From the NCBI GenBank assembly GCA_965112735.1, contig OZ218954.1, positions 2,356,001-2,420,000 on the forward strand: a stretch of DNA of 64,000 bases. The letters are read 5' to 3'. The stretch comes from Phaeosaccion multiseriatum. Taxonomy: Eukaryota > Protista > Ochrophyta, other classes. Positions 1 through 13,477 of this stretch are shown here, one piece after another. Every line of letters begins with the position of its first letter. Positions within the stretch are counted from its first letter, which is position 1. The position numbers and the translations under genes were made by a program. Under the pieces are notes generated by a model. It had not been told where the DNA came from and did no database searches. It was given only the letters and a program-made list of their open reading frames with translations.

Positions 1-2116
1 CTTCTCGGATGCCCTCCTGCTCTCTCGGCTGGGCCTGGCAGTGATGAGCATTTCGCAGGCCGTGGGGTGGATCGCCCCGACCCCCTCCTCGCTGCGACGG
101 TAGACGGTCTTCTTGCACTTGGCTTGCTTTGTCTGTCCCCGTCTCCTCTCTGCCGTCTGCGGCGCCCTTCGAGGCTCGCTGCTCGAGCCCTCCCCTCAGG
201 TGAGAGTGGCAGGCCGACTGGCTGTGCTGCCTTGGCTGCGGGCAGCGGAGCTCGGCGGACAACGACGGAGGCAGGGGTGAAATAGAGCCCCCCCCTCCGC
301 TCGCGACGGGCAGGAGGCGCTGCTTGCCCCCGCTGCCGCTGCTGCTGCCCGCCCCTCTTTTAGTCTCGCTAGGACGCCCATGACTGTCGCTTCCTCCCGT
401 GCGACACTCTTTACCGTCGCAGCCAGCACGAGACGGTGCAATGAGACAGCACAGAGGGGTTTCAACGGTGGTTAGTGGGTGTGAGTGCCAAGTCATTGGA
501 GTGAAGACAGTCGACGATATAGCGAAGTGGGGAAAGACAATCCCCGGGTAGCTAGGTAGGCTTACCGACGCTTCTGAGGACGAAGGGAGTGGATGGAGGT
601 GCGACGATGCCAGGCGACTGCGGACCTTGCTGCTCCCTTCCTGCTTCCACCTCTGTTGGGAGACCTCCTGCTCGGGGTGGGGCTACGAGAACACGGGGTG
701 CTGGGACTGTGGCACCGTCTGTCAGTGAGTCAGAATCCAGTGCAGCGGTGCCAGTGGTGCCCTTTGGCCGCAGGAGAGGGTCCGACACTGCAAGTAGCAG
801 CTTTTCACACGCGCAGATGGTTCGCTGCAAGACCTGCGGGAGGGATCAGAGTAGCAAGAGCCGCCGTCAGACAGAAGAGACGGCGGACCACGTCAAAGTA
901 TATCCCGAAGCTAGTTGCACTGCAGACATGGCGAGCCAGGGCCACGTCTCTGTGCAGCAGGGCATCTTCGAGCAAGACAAAGGTAAGCACACCGGCGCTA
1001 CCACCGCGTGTCTTTCCGAGGAGCTGCTGCATCACCTGCTTGTAGGCCATTGCGACCTTGTATTGAGTCGCTGTGGTGAGGAGCACGTGGTCGCTCGCGT
1101 CCGTAGACGACAGACCCATGCATCGCTGCAGATCAACAAGCGCACAGGTTCAGTGTTAGCCATCCTTAGAGGACAAGACATGGGGGCTGGCTTGAGGCCC
1201 TGATAGACACTGATCACGCAGATAGCCTCTAATGATTAGACCAAGAGAGCATTGCTTCTCTTCCACGCCCCAGTCACTCTTGTCGATCAGCCGCTCCAAC
1301 CACAATAGAGGAAGGTCTCTCCTCTCACCTTGGCAGCGTCCATGGCGCTCAGTCGGGCATAGTGGAAAGAGTAGAGGTTATTTGCAAACGCCCTGGAGCC
1401 AGGAAGGCGCGCAGCGACCACGGCACGCACCGCCACCAGTCACAGAGCAAGAGAGAGATTCGGCGTGAGAGGTCCCCTCCAGCCATTGATGGGAGTCTCT
1501 TGCCTTCAGCAAGTATCTCTACAATACCACCAAAGAGCATACAGTACAAGCAGTCGATACCACGCACACAAGGTACCACCGCTCCCTGCTCTCGCTCGAC
1601 TCGACTCGTCGAGAAACCGCCATCGCTCCGCACGCACCTCATTTGAAGCCTTGCGGTGGCGCACAGGGCGTCCGCCTGCCTCGCGAGCGCGGGCTTTGAA
1701 GCGGAGGAGGTGCGCGTGAAGCACTCCATGACGGACTGCAGCCGCTCGGCCAGCTCCGTGTTCTGTGAGGTCTGGCGGAAGAGCTTGTCTCGCGCGAGAT
1801 CAATGCGATTCTGAATGACACTGACGTCTTCTGTGCAAGGCTCGGCGGAGGGATGAGGTCCTGTCGGAGCTCGGGCCGCTGCTGCAGCGGCTCCTAAGCG
1901 AGCGCCGCGGTGTGGCGGGGACGTGCTCCTCGACGCGGGAGATGTGTCCGCTGCCGTCTTCTCGGTCCCGACAGTGGGCAGCGCTGTCCGAGGTACCGCT
2001 TTGGCGAACATTTGCCCACTCCGAGCCCATTGGTCCCTCTCGTCTCCGGCGCAGAGACGCTCGGCGCCGTCGTCCTCACCCCCCTCCTCGTGCGCCTTTC
2101 GCTTTCGGTCTCCCAT
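1..2116 (-). CDS. hypothetical multi-exon protein, runs off the window start
   Basis: Long minus-strand ORF 1349-2302 (MGDRKRKAHEEGGEDD...) plus further minus fragments at 805-1119, 552-830 and 196-465 with plausible GT/AG boundaries. No recognisable domain; exon structure uncertain. Confidence 0.4.
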
Positions 2117-3136
2117 CTTTTCCTCACATTCCTCTCCGAGACGCTTCAGGTTACTCCTCGATGGGGAGGATAAGTTCGACTTCTCCTCACCTCCAAGAGT
2201 AAGTCTACGCTTCAACCAGCCCCCCCCAACGCCCCTCGTTATAGGAGTTAGGAGACACGGAGAGCGGAGAGTAGACGAGTAGCTCGGATGGAACCCCGTC
2301 AAAAAAGGGTGCAGTGTGGTGCAGTCTCGTGATGCGGAGGCCTCTCGCTAAGAGCACTCATATTGGCTGAAGCGATTCACACACTCTCCTCCCCCAGACT
2401 TATTTGTGCAAGAAGAGGCGTGCTCAAGCACAATTCGACACGGAGAGAGCGTGTCTCTTTTTTGATGGCCCTGTCAACGTTCCCCAGGGGTGGACAAACT
2501 GGGTGGTGAGGCAGTCACAAGCAGCTTCTAATCGCCTTTTCCGCCTCCCCTCCTTCCTCCACGGCTATCATTCACACTCCCGCCACCTTCTGAGACAAGC
2601 TCTCGCCTTGGCGCCAATCCATGGAGTCAGCTCAAGTGCTTCATTCTGTTCCGATGTTCAGGGCGTGTGCTCGCAACAAGACATACGAGCATCTGCTCAG
2701 CAGCTAACGAGAGCGAACAGGACTTTTGTTGGCGGTAGGAACAAATGTATTTCGTGGGCAGTGCGCCTTGTTTCCTCTTTATTCGCCATCTATACCTTCC
2801 TACTGCCGCTCACCGCACAGCCCAGGCACCCTCCCCCCTACTTGTCAGCTCCGGCTTTCCTCGGCCGTGCCATGCTCTTTCCCCAAGAGAGGACAAAGCT
2901 CACTACCACTCCTCCAGCCGGGTCCGTGGGGTCATTCACAAGCCCCCAAGTCTCAGACCTCCCCACGCCCTCCCTGCTCGCGCAACCCCATTCACTCGAG
3001 CTGCGGTGTGACCTGGTCCTTGCTCAGCTCCTCGTTGCCCACCAGCGTCTTGGCCATGTACACGGCCAGCGGCACGGCGATGAGCAGCCCCTGTGTGGTA
3101 CCTACTACTTGCTAAACGGACCATAACATCCCGTCT

Positions 3137-5663
3137 CTAGCTCCTGTAGTCCGCGTTGATGCGTACGTATTCGGCGGTCAAGTCCCCCCCCCAGCAAGTC
3201 TCTTCGACGGAGCCGAGGCCAAGGTCGATATTAATGTCGATGCACTTGAAGTGCGGCGGATAGAGCAAGTGCGCCCCGTCCACCACCATGTCTGTACTCT
3301 TAAATAGAGTGAACAGCTCGTTCTCCATCTCCTGCACACGGTGGAGGTCAGAGGCAGAGGTTGATTGGTCGACAACAGTAGACAAAAGGGCAGCGCTGAT
3401 GCTGATCAGCCTTCCGACTCTCCACTGCGTAATTAAACAGCGGAAGCGACACGACACGACTCACCTCGTCTATGAGGAATTGCCCCTTCTCGAAGACGAC
3501 CCGGTCACCAAAAGCGAGCGAAGTTGCTTCCGTGTCGGCTGCCGGGCACTCAATCGCAAGCACACGACCAACCACGCCCAGCAGACGCCCCACATTGGGA
3601 TCATTGCCGGCGATGGCGGAGGTGAAGAGCGGCGAATTCACAACCTCCTTACCGATCCGACGAGCGACTCGCGCTGACGGCGAGCCCTTAACGCAGACCT
3701 GCAGGATGAGGGGATGTCCCACCAGGGTGTATTGGGGGGGGGGGTACATTCGATTGAAAACGCACAGCCATCGTATGGGCGAAATACGGTTACAAGACAG
3801 AGGGAGAAAGAAAGGCACGCGGCGCAGACGAAAGGGCTCAACACGGACCTTGAGGACGTGGCCGACTCCTTCGCCATTCCGCACAATGTCCTCTGCAAGC
3901 CCCTGGCAAACGTCCTGTCCACAAGCAGCACAGCACCGGGGCGACAGACACGGAAGGAAACGTTTCAAACAGATCGGGTCCTTTTGCGCGGTGCAGAGCC
4001 TCTCCAGCCTTCCCTCACGCCCACGTACACAGGTGGACTGCAAATGACACACATACCGTCAGGGAGGTCCGAAACGCCTCCACGTCTTGTTCCGTCGCCG
4101 ATACCTGCAAGCACAGAAACCAACAGCGCGTTGTCATTCTTTGGCCGTCTTGTGACTGACGCGCACCCGTATAAATGCATCTCACCTCGCCGCTCGAGAT
4201 GAGGACAACGGTGTCGCTCGTGGAGGTGTCTGAATCCACGCTTATACTATTGAAGGACTTGTCCACCTGGTGGGGAGGGGAGCGAGGGCAGAGTGAGTGG
4301 GTCAGCACCTCCTCGCAAACTCGGTGTCTGTGGACTGACCGAGGTAGCGCAAGAGAAAGCGGGTGATAGAGACGAGCAATAACCACGACTCACCACTTCT
4401 TTGAGCATACTCTGCAGGCTTTCTCGTGGTAGGTCCAGATCCGTGAGCAAAAAGGCCAGCATTGTGGCCATGTTGGGTTCAATCATGCCCGCACCTTTCC
4501 CCATTCCGACTAAGCGGGCTCCACTTCTGCTCGGGAGGGACGAATGACGCCATTTGAGTGCAGCCAAGAAGAAGGCCAAAGGCGAATAGCGGTCCGTTAC
4601 CTTCCTATTGGCGTTCCTCGCAGCTTGGGGTAGCGGTCTGTCGTCATAATCGCCTTTGCCGCCGGGAATAAGGACTCTCTCTGGCTCTTTGCCTTGCAGA
4701 TGCACAAAAACAGGCAAACGGACGAGAGAGTGGGTCGGCATGGCCGGACTGGCGAGCTAGGAGCGCTTGGGGGGGTCCCGTGGGCACGACTCATGCCAGA
4801 TAAGGACCACACTCCACCAAGGGAGCAGCTGGGGGGGGGGGGGGCTGTGTCTCTACCTTGGCGTCTGGAAGAGCAGCGATGATGCTATCGGCGGGCAGGC
4901 GCCATCCGATTACGCCAGTCGAGCTGGGTAGCACCTCACCCTCGAGGCCATAGATGCCTTGCACCTCACTGCACACTCGCTTGGCATCGGCGATTCCGTC
5001 GGGAGCGCAAACGTTGGAAATCTTGTTGTTCACCACCACCGCCTAGCGAAACACAGAGACACACACAGACAGAGAGAGAGAGGGGGGGGAGAGCGAGAGC
5101 AGAAGGAAAGTGGTTCACGGGCGGTACACACCGCACACTGACAGAGAGAGCTCCTCGCACATATAGCAGCGAGGGCATGGATGGGTTGGGCCGACGCACC
5201 TGGATGGGAGCTCCGGAGGCGAGCTGCTCTCTGCCGAGAATCACAGGCGCGCCAGGGAATTTGTTCAACGTGAAGACAGCTGCCCATTTCTCACTAGGCT
5301 GAGCAGCACCATCGAGAGCCAGAGAGGGAGCAGGAAACGACGCACAGCTTTGAGAACGTGCAGAATTGCCCTCGAAAGCTCGCCTCAAGTGGTCTCCTTC
5401 CCCAAGGGCGGAGGTGGGGTCGTACCTTATCGAGGGCGATGACGGTGACGTTCATGGTGGCCGGCTTGGCCACCTCCACCGGGGTGAACTCGAGTCCTGT
5501 CGATCCTATGCTAAAGCCAGCAGGAAGCTCCCCCTGCAGCGAGTATGAAAAGCAAAAAGGCCCCAAAGAATGGGCATAAGATTTGCAAGAACAAGCCAGG
5601 AACTTCGTTAAGGAGTGGGAAGGAGGAGAAAAGGGATGAGAGAGAGAGAGAGAGAGAGAGAGA

Positions 5664-5725
<62 letters not shown>

Positions 5726-6104
5726 GGGAAAACGAGACTGAGAGAAAGAGATGGGCCCACCTGCGCCTGCAAAAAGTCCAAGTACTCCTGCTCGGAGGCG
5801 AAGGACATGCCTAGTGTCACACTTGAGGAAGCTGTGTGCCGCTGTTGAGCAACGCCTGTCGTCGTGCCTGGTGCCTTGGATCTATGGTGCGATGCGGTTG
5901 CTCTCTTGCAAGCGCTACCGCTGCCCGCTCCTTGGTACTGTGGAACGAAAGGTGTCACCCTGCCAGAGAGAGAGAGGAGAGAGAGAGATAAGAAGCGAAG
6001 CGCTCAGCAAGGACTGTTGGAGAAGGCGTTCACGTTTGCGCAAGACGCGTCTACCTTCCAAGAAAGCAGGAGAGGAGTAGTGCATGTAGACATCGATGCC
6101 GCAT
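3137..6104 (-). CDS. argJ: ArgJ ornithine acetyltransferase / N-acetylglutamate synthase, probably plastid-targeted, multi-exon
   Basis: Exon peptides [36 protein letters not shown] (autoproteolytic Thr motif), [50 protein letters not shown] and C-terminal [15 protein letters not shown]. Spliced N-terminus [17 protein letters not shown]|VTPFVPQ reads as signal peptide + F-starting transit peptide. Confidence 0.95.
5637..5722. repeat. (GA)n/(GT)n compound microsatellite in an argJ intron
   Basis: Directly visible. Confidence 0.95.
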
Positions 6105-6290
6105 GGGCAACACCAGCCAAATAGCTGCAAGTGGGAGAGAGAGAGAGAGGAGCTTGATTTGTGAATTTGTTGAAGGGAGGAAGGGCGCCCAGTTTTAGTT
6201 TCAGCTCTTCCCTCCCGCTCGGCCCACACAGACAGATCCTTGTGGATGATGGGTGAGTAGGATCCATAGTGGGAAGGAGATGCGTGGCAT

Positions 6291-7924
6291 ATGGCCTTGG
6301 GGATGATGCAGACCGACCGGCACTTCCGGGTCGAGGAGTCCCCTTCCGTGAGCGAGGGCATGAGTGTAGCCACGGAGCTGGAGCTGCGACGGACCTCGTG
6401 CCGCTTCATCTCGGCGGCTTGCAAACGACTCGAAATGTAAGCTGCAGTAGGGGCTTGTGTGCCCCACAGGGCTCCTTTGTCGATTTCTGTCGAGATGAAC
6501 TCAAGGCCCTAACCCATGCTAAGCTTGCCCTCCTTCCTCATTTCCCCTCCCCTTCTTATCTTGTCTTTTTAAGGCCTATTGATGTAATAGCCACGGCGCA
6601 CGTCTTCTTCCACCGATTCTTCGCTTTGCAGGTAGGTAGCACCGCCAGCAATTTCGTGCACCTGTGGGTCTGGAAGTAGCGCGAGGACCATCACCGAAGA
6701 ACTAGGCTTCTTAACGATGTCTCGCCTCCCCATCTATCCCTTGGTGCTCCCACTGATTTACGCAGTCCTTTGCGCAGCACGATCGCTTCGTCATTGCCAC
6801 CACCTGCGTGTTCCTGGCCTCCAAGGTGGAGGAGTCTGCCCTCAAGATGGACAACGCCCTCGTTGAGTGTCACCTCACATGGATAGGAGTGAGCCACACG
6901 CCTCTGGCCCCCGGTGCCACCCTGTCGAAGACGAGCATTGCGACCAACGCAGAGACCAACCCGTACTTCAACACCAGAAGCGCGGATTTCAAGACCCTGC
7001 GCGAAAAGGTGCTCATCTGCGAGCGTGCCATTGTGCAGACCATCGGCTTCGAGCTCAGCGTCAAGCACCCCCACCACTTCATTCTCTCGCTGGTCAAGAC
7101 GCTCTTCCCTTCGGACTTGGGCGGGGGGGTCAGTGGAGGGGGCGTCAAAAAGAGTAGTGGCGCGGGGAATGGCGGCGCCAGTCCAGCCGCATCCACGGGC
7201 GGGGCATCACCCTACGTGGGTGGACTGATGGGCGGAGCGTCGCCCTACGGAGGCGCTGGGGGGGCAGCGTCTGCGGCAAGCTTGCGCAGGAACCGAAATA
7301 CCGCCATGAAGTCCGTTCTACAGACCGCTACAAAGATCGTCAACGATCAGATGCAGGTACTGTATGATGAGCGGTCTTGGACATTCGCCTCTGTCCCTGG
7401 CGCCCCACCCCCCTCCACGGCAAGGCAGTCCAGGAACACATCAATCTCCTCCCCCTGACCGCTCCTCGTGCCGCTGCGCCGCTCTTTCCCGCTCATGTGT
7501 ATGTTGTCATCTCTTGCGGTGACTCGTGCCCGGTGGTGGTGCAGAGTACGCTGTGTCTGACTGTCCCTCCGCGGCAAATCGCAGCGGCGGCCGTGTACCT
7601 GGCGACTTTAATCGCTGGTGTGGAGCTGACTGACAGCGCGAGGCTCCTGGCCACGGCCTTTGAGGCGGACGGGAGGGCCTTGTTCGGTACGTCATTGAAC
7701 TGAGGGTGGTTTCTGTAGTTGCCAGGTTCCTCTGGTCGGATCCATGCATTGCTTTTTTTCTCCTTCCCTTGTGAAGGGGACCTCTCCCCGTTGTGTATCC
7801 TTTCCCCCTTGACCGTGCTCTGTGTTGGCCGCCTTCCGCAGACGTGTGCGACGCTTTATTGAACGCGTATGAGGAAGCTGGCAGCAGTAGCAGGGAGCAC
7901 GCGAGCGCCACTGGAAGTCAGTAG
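6291..7924 (+). CDS. transcriptional cyclin (cyclin T/K-like), multi-exon
   Basis: Spliced peptide ...LRRTSCRFISAACKRLE|.PIDVIATAHVFFHRFFALQ|SFAQHDRFVIATTCVFLASKVEE...ERAIVQTIGFELSVKHPH, and second box TLCLTVPPRQIAAAAVYLA; typical cyclin T/K boxes. Confidence 0.88.
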
Positions 7925-7993
7925 TCAGTAGCGCTGTTGAGAGGCCCCTCCACTGGAAGTCAGTAGTCAGTAGCGCTGTTGAGAGGCCCCTCC
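7908..7993 (+). repeat. perfect 42-bp tandem duplication spanning the cyclin stop codon
   Basis: ccactggaagtcagtagtcagtagcgctgttgagaggcccct occurs at 7908 and 7950. Confidence 0.95.
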
Positions 7994-8677
7994 GAAAGAG
8001 CAGCCCCCCCCCCTCCGAGCGGCCGCCACCTTGGCTGTGAGCTGCCGCAAAAGGGCGCAGTCATGTTGGGTGCAGAGAGAGAGAGAGAGAGAGAGACTTG
8101 GGGCGGGACGTGTGCTCGGCCTGTTCGACAGGGCTGGGTTGGACCTTGCCCGAGGTCGGATACAAAGCCAAGTCTTCGCCCGAGCCGAACTGATTACCCC
8201 CCCCCCCTTCTACAGTATGAAAGGAGGACGTACACGAAAAGAGCAGGTGTGGAAGGAATGCCACATGATATTTGAGGGCAGGAAAAGGAGTATAATCCCT
8301 CAAAGAAAGAAAGAAATGATATCTTCATCAAACGCCGTGCAAACTATAGGCGAGTGGGACCACTCTGAACCATAAAGAAACCCTTCTTTTCTCGGTCCAA
8401 TGCCAAATGGCACACCGCTTTGCCAGGTGCAGCGAAGGGCCTTCGCCTCCGTTTTACTCCTCGGTATTACTGCGGCTCTCCTCCTCCTCCTCATTCACCC
8501 TCCTCTGCTCACTCCTCCTCTGTCAAAAACGCCCTTGCCCCATCTTCCCCTCCAGCCTCTCCCATTGCCATGACTTTAATGGCAGTTATTCTTGGGGCGG
8601 CCCTGACTACTCATGCCAGCGCGGGACCCTCCGCTTGTCTGCACTTCTCCTTTGCCGTCTCAGAAAAGCACCTCGGC

Positions 8678-11600
8678 CTATCCCACGCGCACCACGTCCG
8701 GCGTGATGCTGCTTTGGCTCTGGCTGGCCATTTCCATCTCCCCCTGCTGTACCGGCAGGTAAGTCTCCGCATCTCCTCCCCCCTTGAAGTGCTTGTACAT
8801 GAGCATACAGAAGCCCAGAGACACGCTGCCTCCCACGAGGATCACCACCGCCCACAGGATATCCATAAACACCTCGCTGGAGCCGGGCTCAGGGGTCTGA
8901 GAGGTAGGGTAGGACAGAGGAGCCAACAGTAGCATTTGCACAGGGCAGGGGGTACACACAAAGTTGGCGTCAAGAGAGAGGCGAACTTCCTGTCGAGACG
9001 AGGACGACAACAAGCGCAAAATACTACTGCTCCCCCCCACTTCAGGTTCTCTGACCCCCCCCCCCCTCACTCACATTCACTGACTCGTGGTTCACAAACG
9101 TCCTCTTGTACACATTCTGGTTGTTGCCCGTCTGCCCCTCCAGCAGCCAGTCGTCATCCCATAGGAAGTTGGAGTAGTCATCTGAGTACCACGACGAAGT
9201 GTAGTAGGCAGTCACATCAGCCGTAAAGTTGGAGCTCCCGACCGGGCCACAGTCCTGGCAATCCGTGCCCATGGCACACACCCCAGAGGACCGCTGGTCG
9301 TCGCAGTAGCCGTCCCGCGCCCACACGCACGTGTTGTCGCAAGTCCCGTCCGACACCACCTGCACCCCGCAGTCGGAGCAGTCCGTGCCCACCTCACACG
9401 CTGCAATGCCTCCGTAGCTCATGTCGTCCGAGCCAAAGTAGGAAGATCCGTAGTAGGAGCTGGAGTACCCTGCATAGTTGTAGAAGCCGTCGTCATCATA
9501 GTACATGTTGGCGTCGTCATCCATACTCCAGCCATATCCTCCCCAGCCGTAGCCGCCCATCCCTCCCCAGCCGGGCTCATCGCACTGCCCATCCATGGCG
9601 TAGATGCAGCTGTCCTCGCACGTCACCTCGTCGCTATCTGCGTGCACAAGGGCCACCTCCACATCCATGCTGATGGGCCCTGCTCCCGTGTCCACCTGAA
9701 TGACCTTCAGAGGCACAGTGTCATCCCCGGTGACGGTTGCCCAGCTACCCTGCTTTAGCACCAGGGTAACCTCGTGGTCCATCCACTCGTAATCATCCAC
9801 CGCGTAGTCGCTGCTCAAGGTGGGGTCCAGCGTGATCTGCGCAGGATGAGAGAGGGCGACGGAAGGTCAAAGTCATGCACCGTACGCGAGAGGCTAAGCA
9901 TTTGGCACAGTACAATACACATGTAAGATGTGTCTTGTCCCTCATGGTTGCAGTCGCGCTGAGACGAAAAGAAATCTATTCACGCCTCATCAGTCCCCCT
10001 AACAAAAGAGCAAAGACCCGCTATCACCACCCCATCACACCTCACACCCACCTCCGGCTGTCTGCTGGGGTTGGACGTACACAGGAAGCCAGAGCCTTGA
10101 ACGGAAAAGCGCTTCGTGTGAGACGCGTAAATCCGCAACTCGGTCTTGGTCACAACGGGGTCGGCCAGAATCGTGGCCACCTGTACGCCAGGCACAGCAC
10201 CGACACAGTAGGACGATACGATATTATAGCGGGGGCACAAGCTTGAGAGCCTATGACTGACTTTCGCTCCTTGTTTAGGCATTTCTCTCCATTCTACCTG
10301 CAGCGTTGTACTCTACTAGTGTGGGAACCTCGTGCCCGACATCCCTTCTTACCCTGATGCCAAAGCCCCTGGCCAGCTTAATAACGGTGTCTTCGTCGGT
10401 CTTGTCGGTCTGGACGGTTAAGCACAGCAGCGAGCCTCCGTACGCGGACCACTGCTTGCCGTCCTTGAGAGACAGCCTCACGGCGTCTGTGCCCTGCGGA
10501 ACAAGGCAGGGTGGGGGGTAGGGTCACAAGTAGGGGAGTCAGCGAGCCAATACAGAAGCCCTCCGCCCCCACCCCCCCCTTAAAAAGTGAGGCACTCCTT
10601 ACTCCTACTCCGTACTTCGCCGAGTCAGTATAACACAGGGCCCTCCCTCACCTCCGCCGTCAAGGTGTAGCCACTGGAGTCCAGCGCAGGGGAGAAGGTG
10701 TACTCGAAAGAGGGGAGCAGCCCCGGGCCGTTGATCACGATGTCCTGCTTCAGCGCGGACTGGTATACAACCTTTTGGAAAGGGGAGGAAGACAACGGCA
10801 AGCCAAAAGGCAAGACACAGCGGTTACGGTACCAGACTCGGGTGCTGCTCTTGGGGTGGACAAACTGTTTGTGAACCCAAACGCAAGCTGCCTACCTACC
10901 TGGTCATTGTTGGGAGTAATCGTAATGCCACTCTCGTCCGTGGCGGAGTCATCTCTCACGACGGCAACTCTCACGGGCTTCGGCAGAACGAACATGCCTG
11001 CGCCAGTGTCCACTCCAGTGATCTGTCCAGTCCGGAGACGCAAGGGCAGGGGACGCACGCGTTGGCGGTAAGGTACAGCAAGTATTTCAAACGAGGTGCG
11101 ATGAAGGAACAGGACGCGCCGGTGCTCACAAGATGCCCCCCTCTCCCCCCCCTCCTCCCCCCCTCTCGTCAGGACTCACCCTGAGAGGACCCTTCTCCCC
11201 CTCGGGCATCCAGCTGGTCACCAGGGACAGCTTGCAGGCCGTGCTGTTCTGAACTTGCACAATGTAATCGACGTTTCGCTGCAGTTTGCCTCCCTCGAAT
11301 TGAAAGTTGGGCGTGTTTTGCAAGCTGAAGCCGGAACCGAAAATCTCAAGCTCGTGCGTGTGCGTACGGAACAACTGCGAGCGGCCAGGGGCGGGCGGGG
11401 GGGGGGTGGGAGTCAGCAGGAGGGAGCAGTCCACAGCAGTGAGCAGAGGAAAGCACCGGTGCGACGAATGGCGTGAGGTAGGTAGGCGAAAGCACACAAC
11501 AGATCTCTGGACCCCCTTCCACAACTCTTCAATCTGTCAGATTTTGCTTTGCTGTTTCAGTTTCATACCTTCGTGTCGCCAGATAGCACAGAGGGGTCCT

Positions 11601-13477
11601 CGTACACAGTCGCCACCTTCCGCCCGGCCTTGGCAGCCGTGGGCCCCAGCGCCACGTAGCCAGCGCCCGCCTCGGCGGCGAGCAATACCAACGGGCCGGG
11701 CAGGGACTCTGCGTTTTGCCTCCACTTGCTGCCGTCAACCAAGTTGAGCACCATCTGGTCCCCGTTGATGGCTGCGGTGGTGTAGTTCGTCCCCGCGCCG
11801 CGCAGGTTGTTGCCGAAGCGCAAAGTGGTCCCTCCGTCTTCGATAGATCGGAATCCTGAGCCCGTGACGACCAGTGTCTTGGCGGACTGGTAGATCTTCA
11901 GGTCCACATTGGTGTCGACGGTGATACCGTGGCCCTCTAGATCAGCCTGTACCTCCGAAATCAGAATGCCCCCGCCCGTTTTCTGTATGGGCAGGAGCAT
12001 CGAGAGCATTGATGGGATTAGAACAAAGACAGAAAGGGAGACCTGCCCTCCCTGGCCGAACAATGAGGGGAAGGGTTTGGCCGATTCGCCACCACCCTCA
12101 ATTGCTCACTCACCCCTTCTTCTGGGGGGTTGAGCGCGAGTCTCCCCCCTCCATTATTGATGGCGATGAGCTTGAGCGGGCCCGGATCCTGCCTCCACTT
12201 CATCTCGAACTTCTTGTCGAGCACGATTTGGGTGGTGCTCACCACAGCCATGGAAAAGTCGGTGCCCTCATTCAGGGGAGGGTCAAAGTACAGCTCCGTG
12301 CGCTTGGTGTTGAAGTTGGTCCCGTTGACCACAAGGCGAGGGGTGGCCGACATGTAAATCACCTTGTCCGAGCCAGCCTGCAGACCCCGAGAGAGGAGGC
12401 ATATCACCGCATCAGCGTCGGGGCAACAAACACTCTCGTGCCCCTTTGCTTGATATGGTGCGCAAATATGACTCGAACGGGTACTGCAATCGGCGCTTAC
12501 CTGCACTGTCGGAGTGGGAAGGACGTTGGCCACCGCCACCGCCTCGTCGAGCTCATTGTTGTCGCCAATCTTCACAGAAGACACGTACAGCGTCTGAGAG
12601 GGGAATGTACGCAAGAGGGAAGAGAGACGAACGTGGTGAGATTGTCATGCTCCGAGCCTATACTACAGCTCTGATGTGGCTCAGGTGTCCCTGAGGATCG
12701 TGTCCTTCCCTACACTCCTGTTCCCGGGATAAACTTTGCCAAACCGCACCTTTGGCACTCCGTCAGACACATCTGCCCAGCGCTTCTTCGGCTTCAGAGT
12801 GCAGATCATGGCTTGGTCCTGAAAGGTGACATCAAAGTCCCTGCCAGACACAAGCTTCGGCAGGAACTGGACCTGGACGGTGGAGGCATCGATACCACTC
12901 CAGCCTGCGTATGCGAGGTGCAAACAACAACAAAAAGGGCAGGGAACCGTGCATAGTAAGGTTTCCACAGACATCGCGGAGGCATCTCGCGTACAGAAGT
13001 AGGCAAAGAGTCACGCCGTGAGTCATACCTGAGCCCTTGATACGCAGCTTGGGTTGGAGGTCATTGACGCCCACAGGAGTGACGGTGTCCAAATGGATCA
13101 ACTGCGCAAGGCGTACGCGGGGAGAACGACGGTATGAGGGAACAAGACGGAGAGCGCAACGCCACACACGCGTCCTCCCCAGACTCTCATTTCCGTGGAA
13201 GGTCCTTCCTTCTGTACCCTTTTCCTGGAGGCGCTTCCCCCCTGTCTTCCCCTCTCGTCCCGCACCACTTCTCACACGCAGTCCAGGAGGATTCTCTGAC
13301 ACTATCAGCAGCTGCCCTCGCAAGGCCCTTCCCGTGCTAAGCCCGTGGTGAAGGAAGGGTTGGCAACGCAAAACCACCACTACTTTCCATGTTCTTCGCA
13401 CTTACCCCGGCGAAAGCGCACAAACAAGACGCCAACAGCACGGCACTGGCCAGCACCGCCTCCGCGAGTCTTGCCAT
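8678..13477 (-). CDS. large type-I membrane/cell-surface protein: signal peptide, six beta-sandwich-like repeats, two Cys-rich CxxGTDCxDCG modules, TM helix, short tail
   Basis: N-term MARLAEAVLASAVLLASCLCAF. Repeats LRIKGSG / LVVNGTNF / LVVTGSGF / LEIFGSGF / IVINGPGL / FSVQGSGF. Cys modules CEVGTDCSDCG and CAMGTDCQDCG. TM ILWAVVILVGGSVSLGFCMLMY followed by KHFK. Many GT-AG introns. Confidence 0.8.

Noticed and set aside
2404-3126. 240-aa plus-strand ORF
   Set aside because: Non-ATG start, no domain, composition typical of GC-rich shadow ORFs
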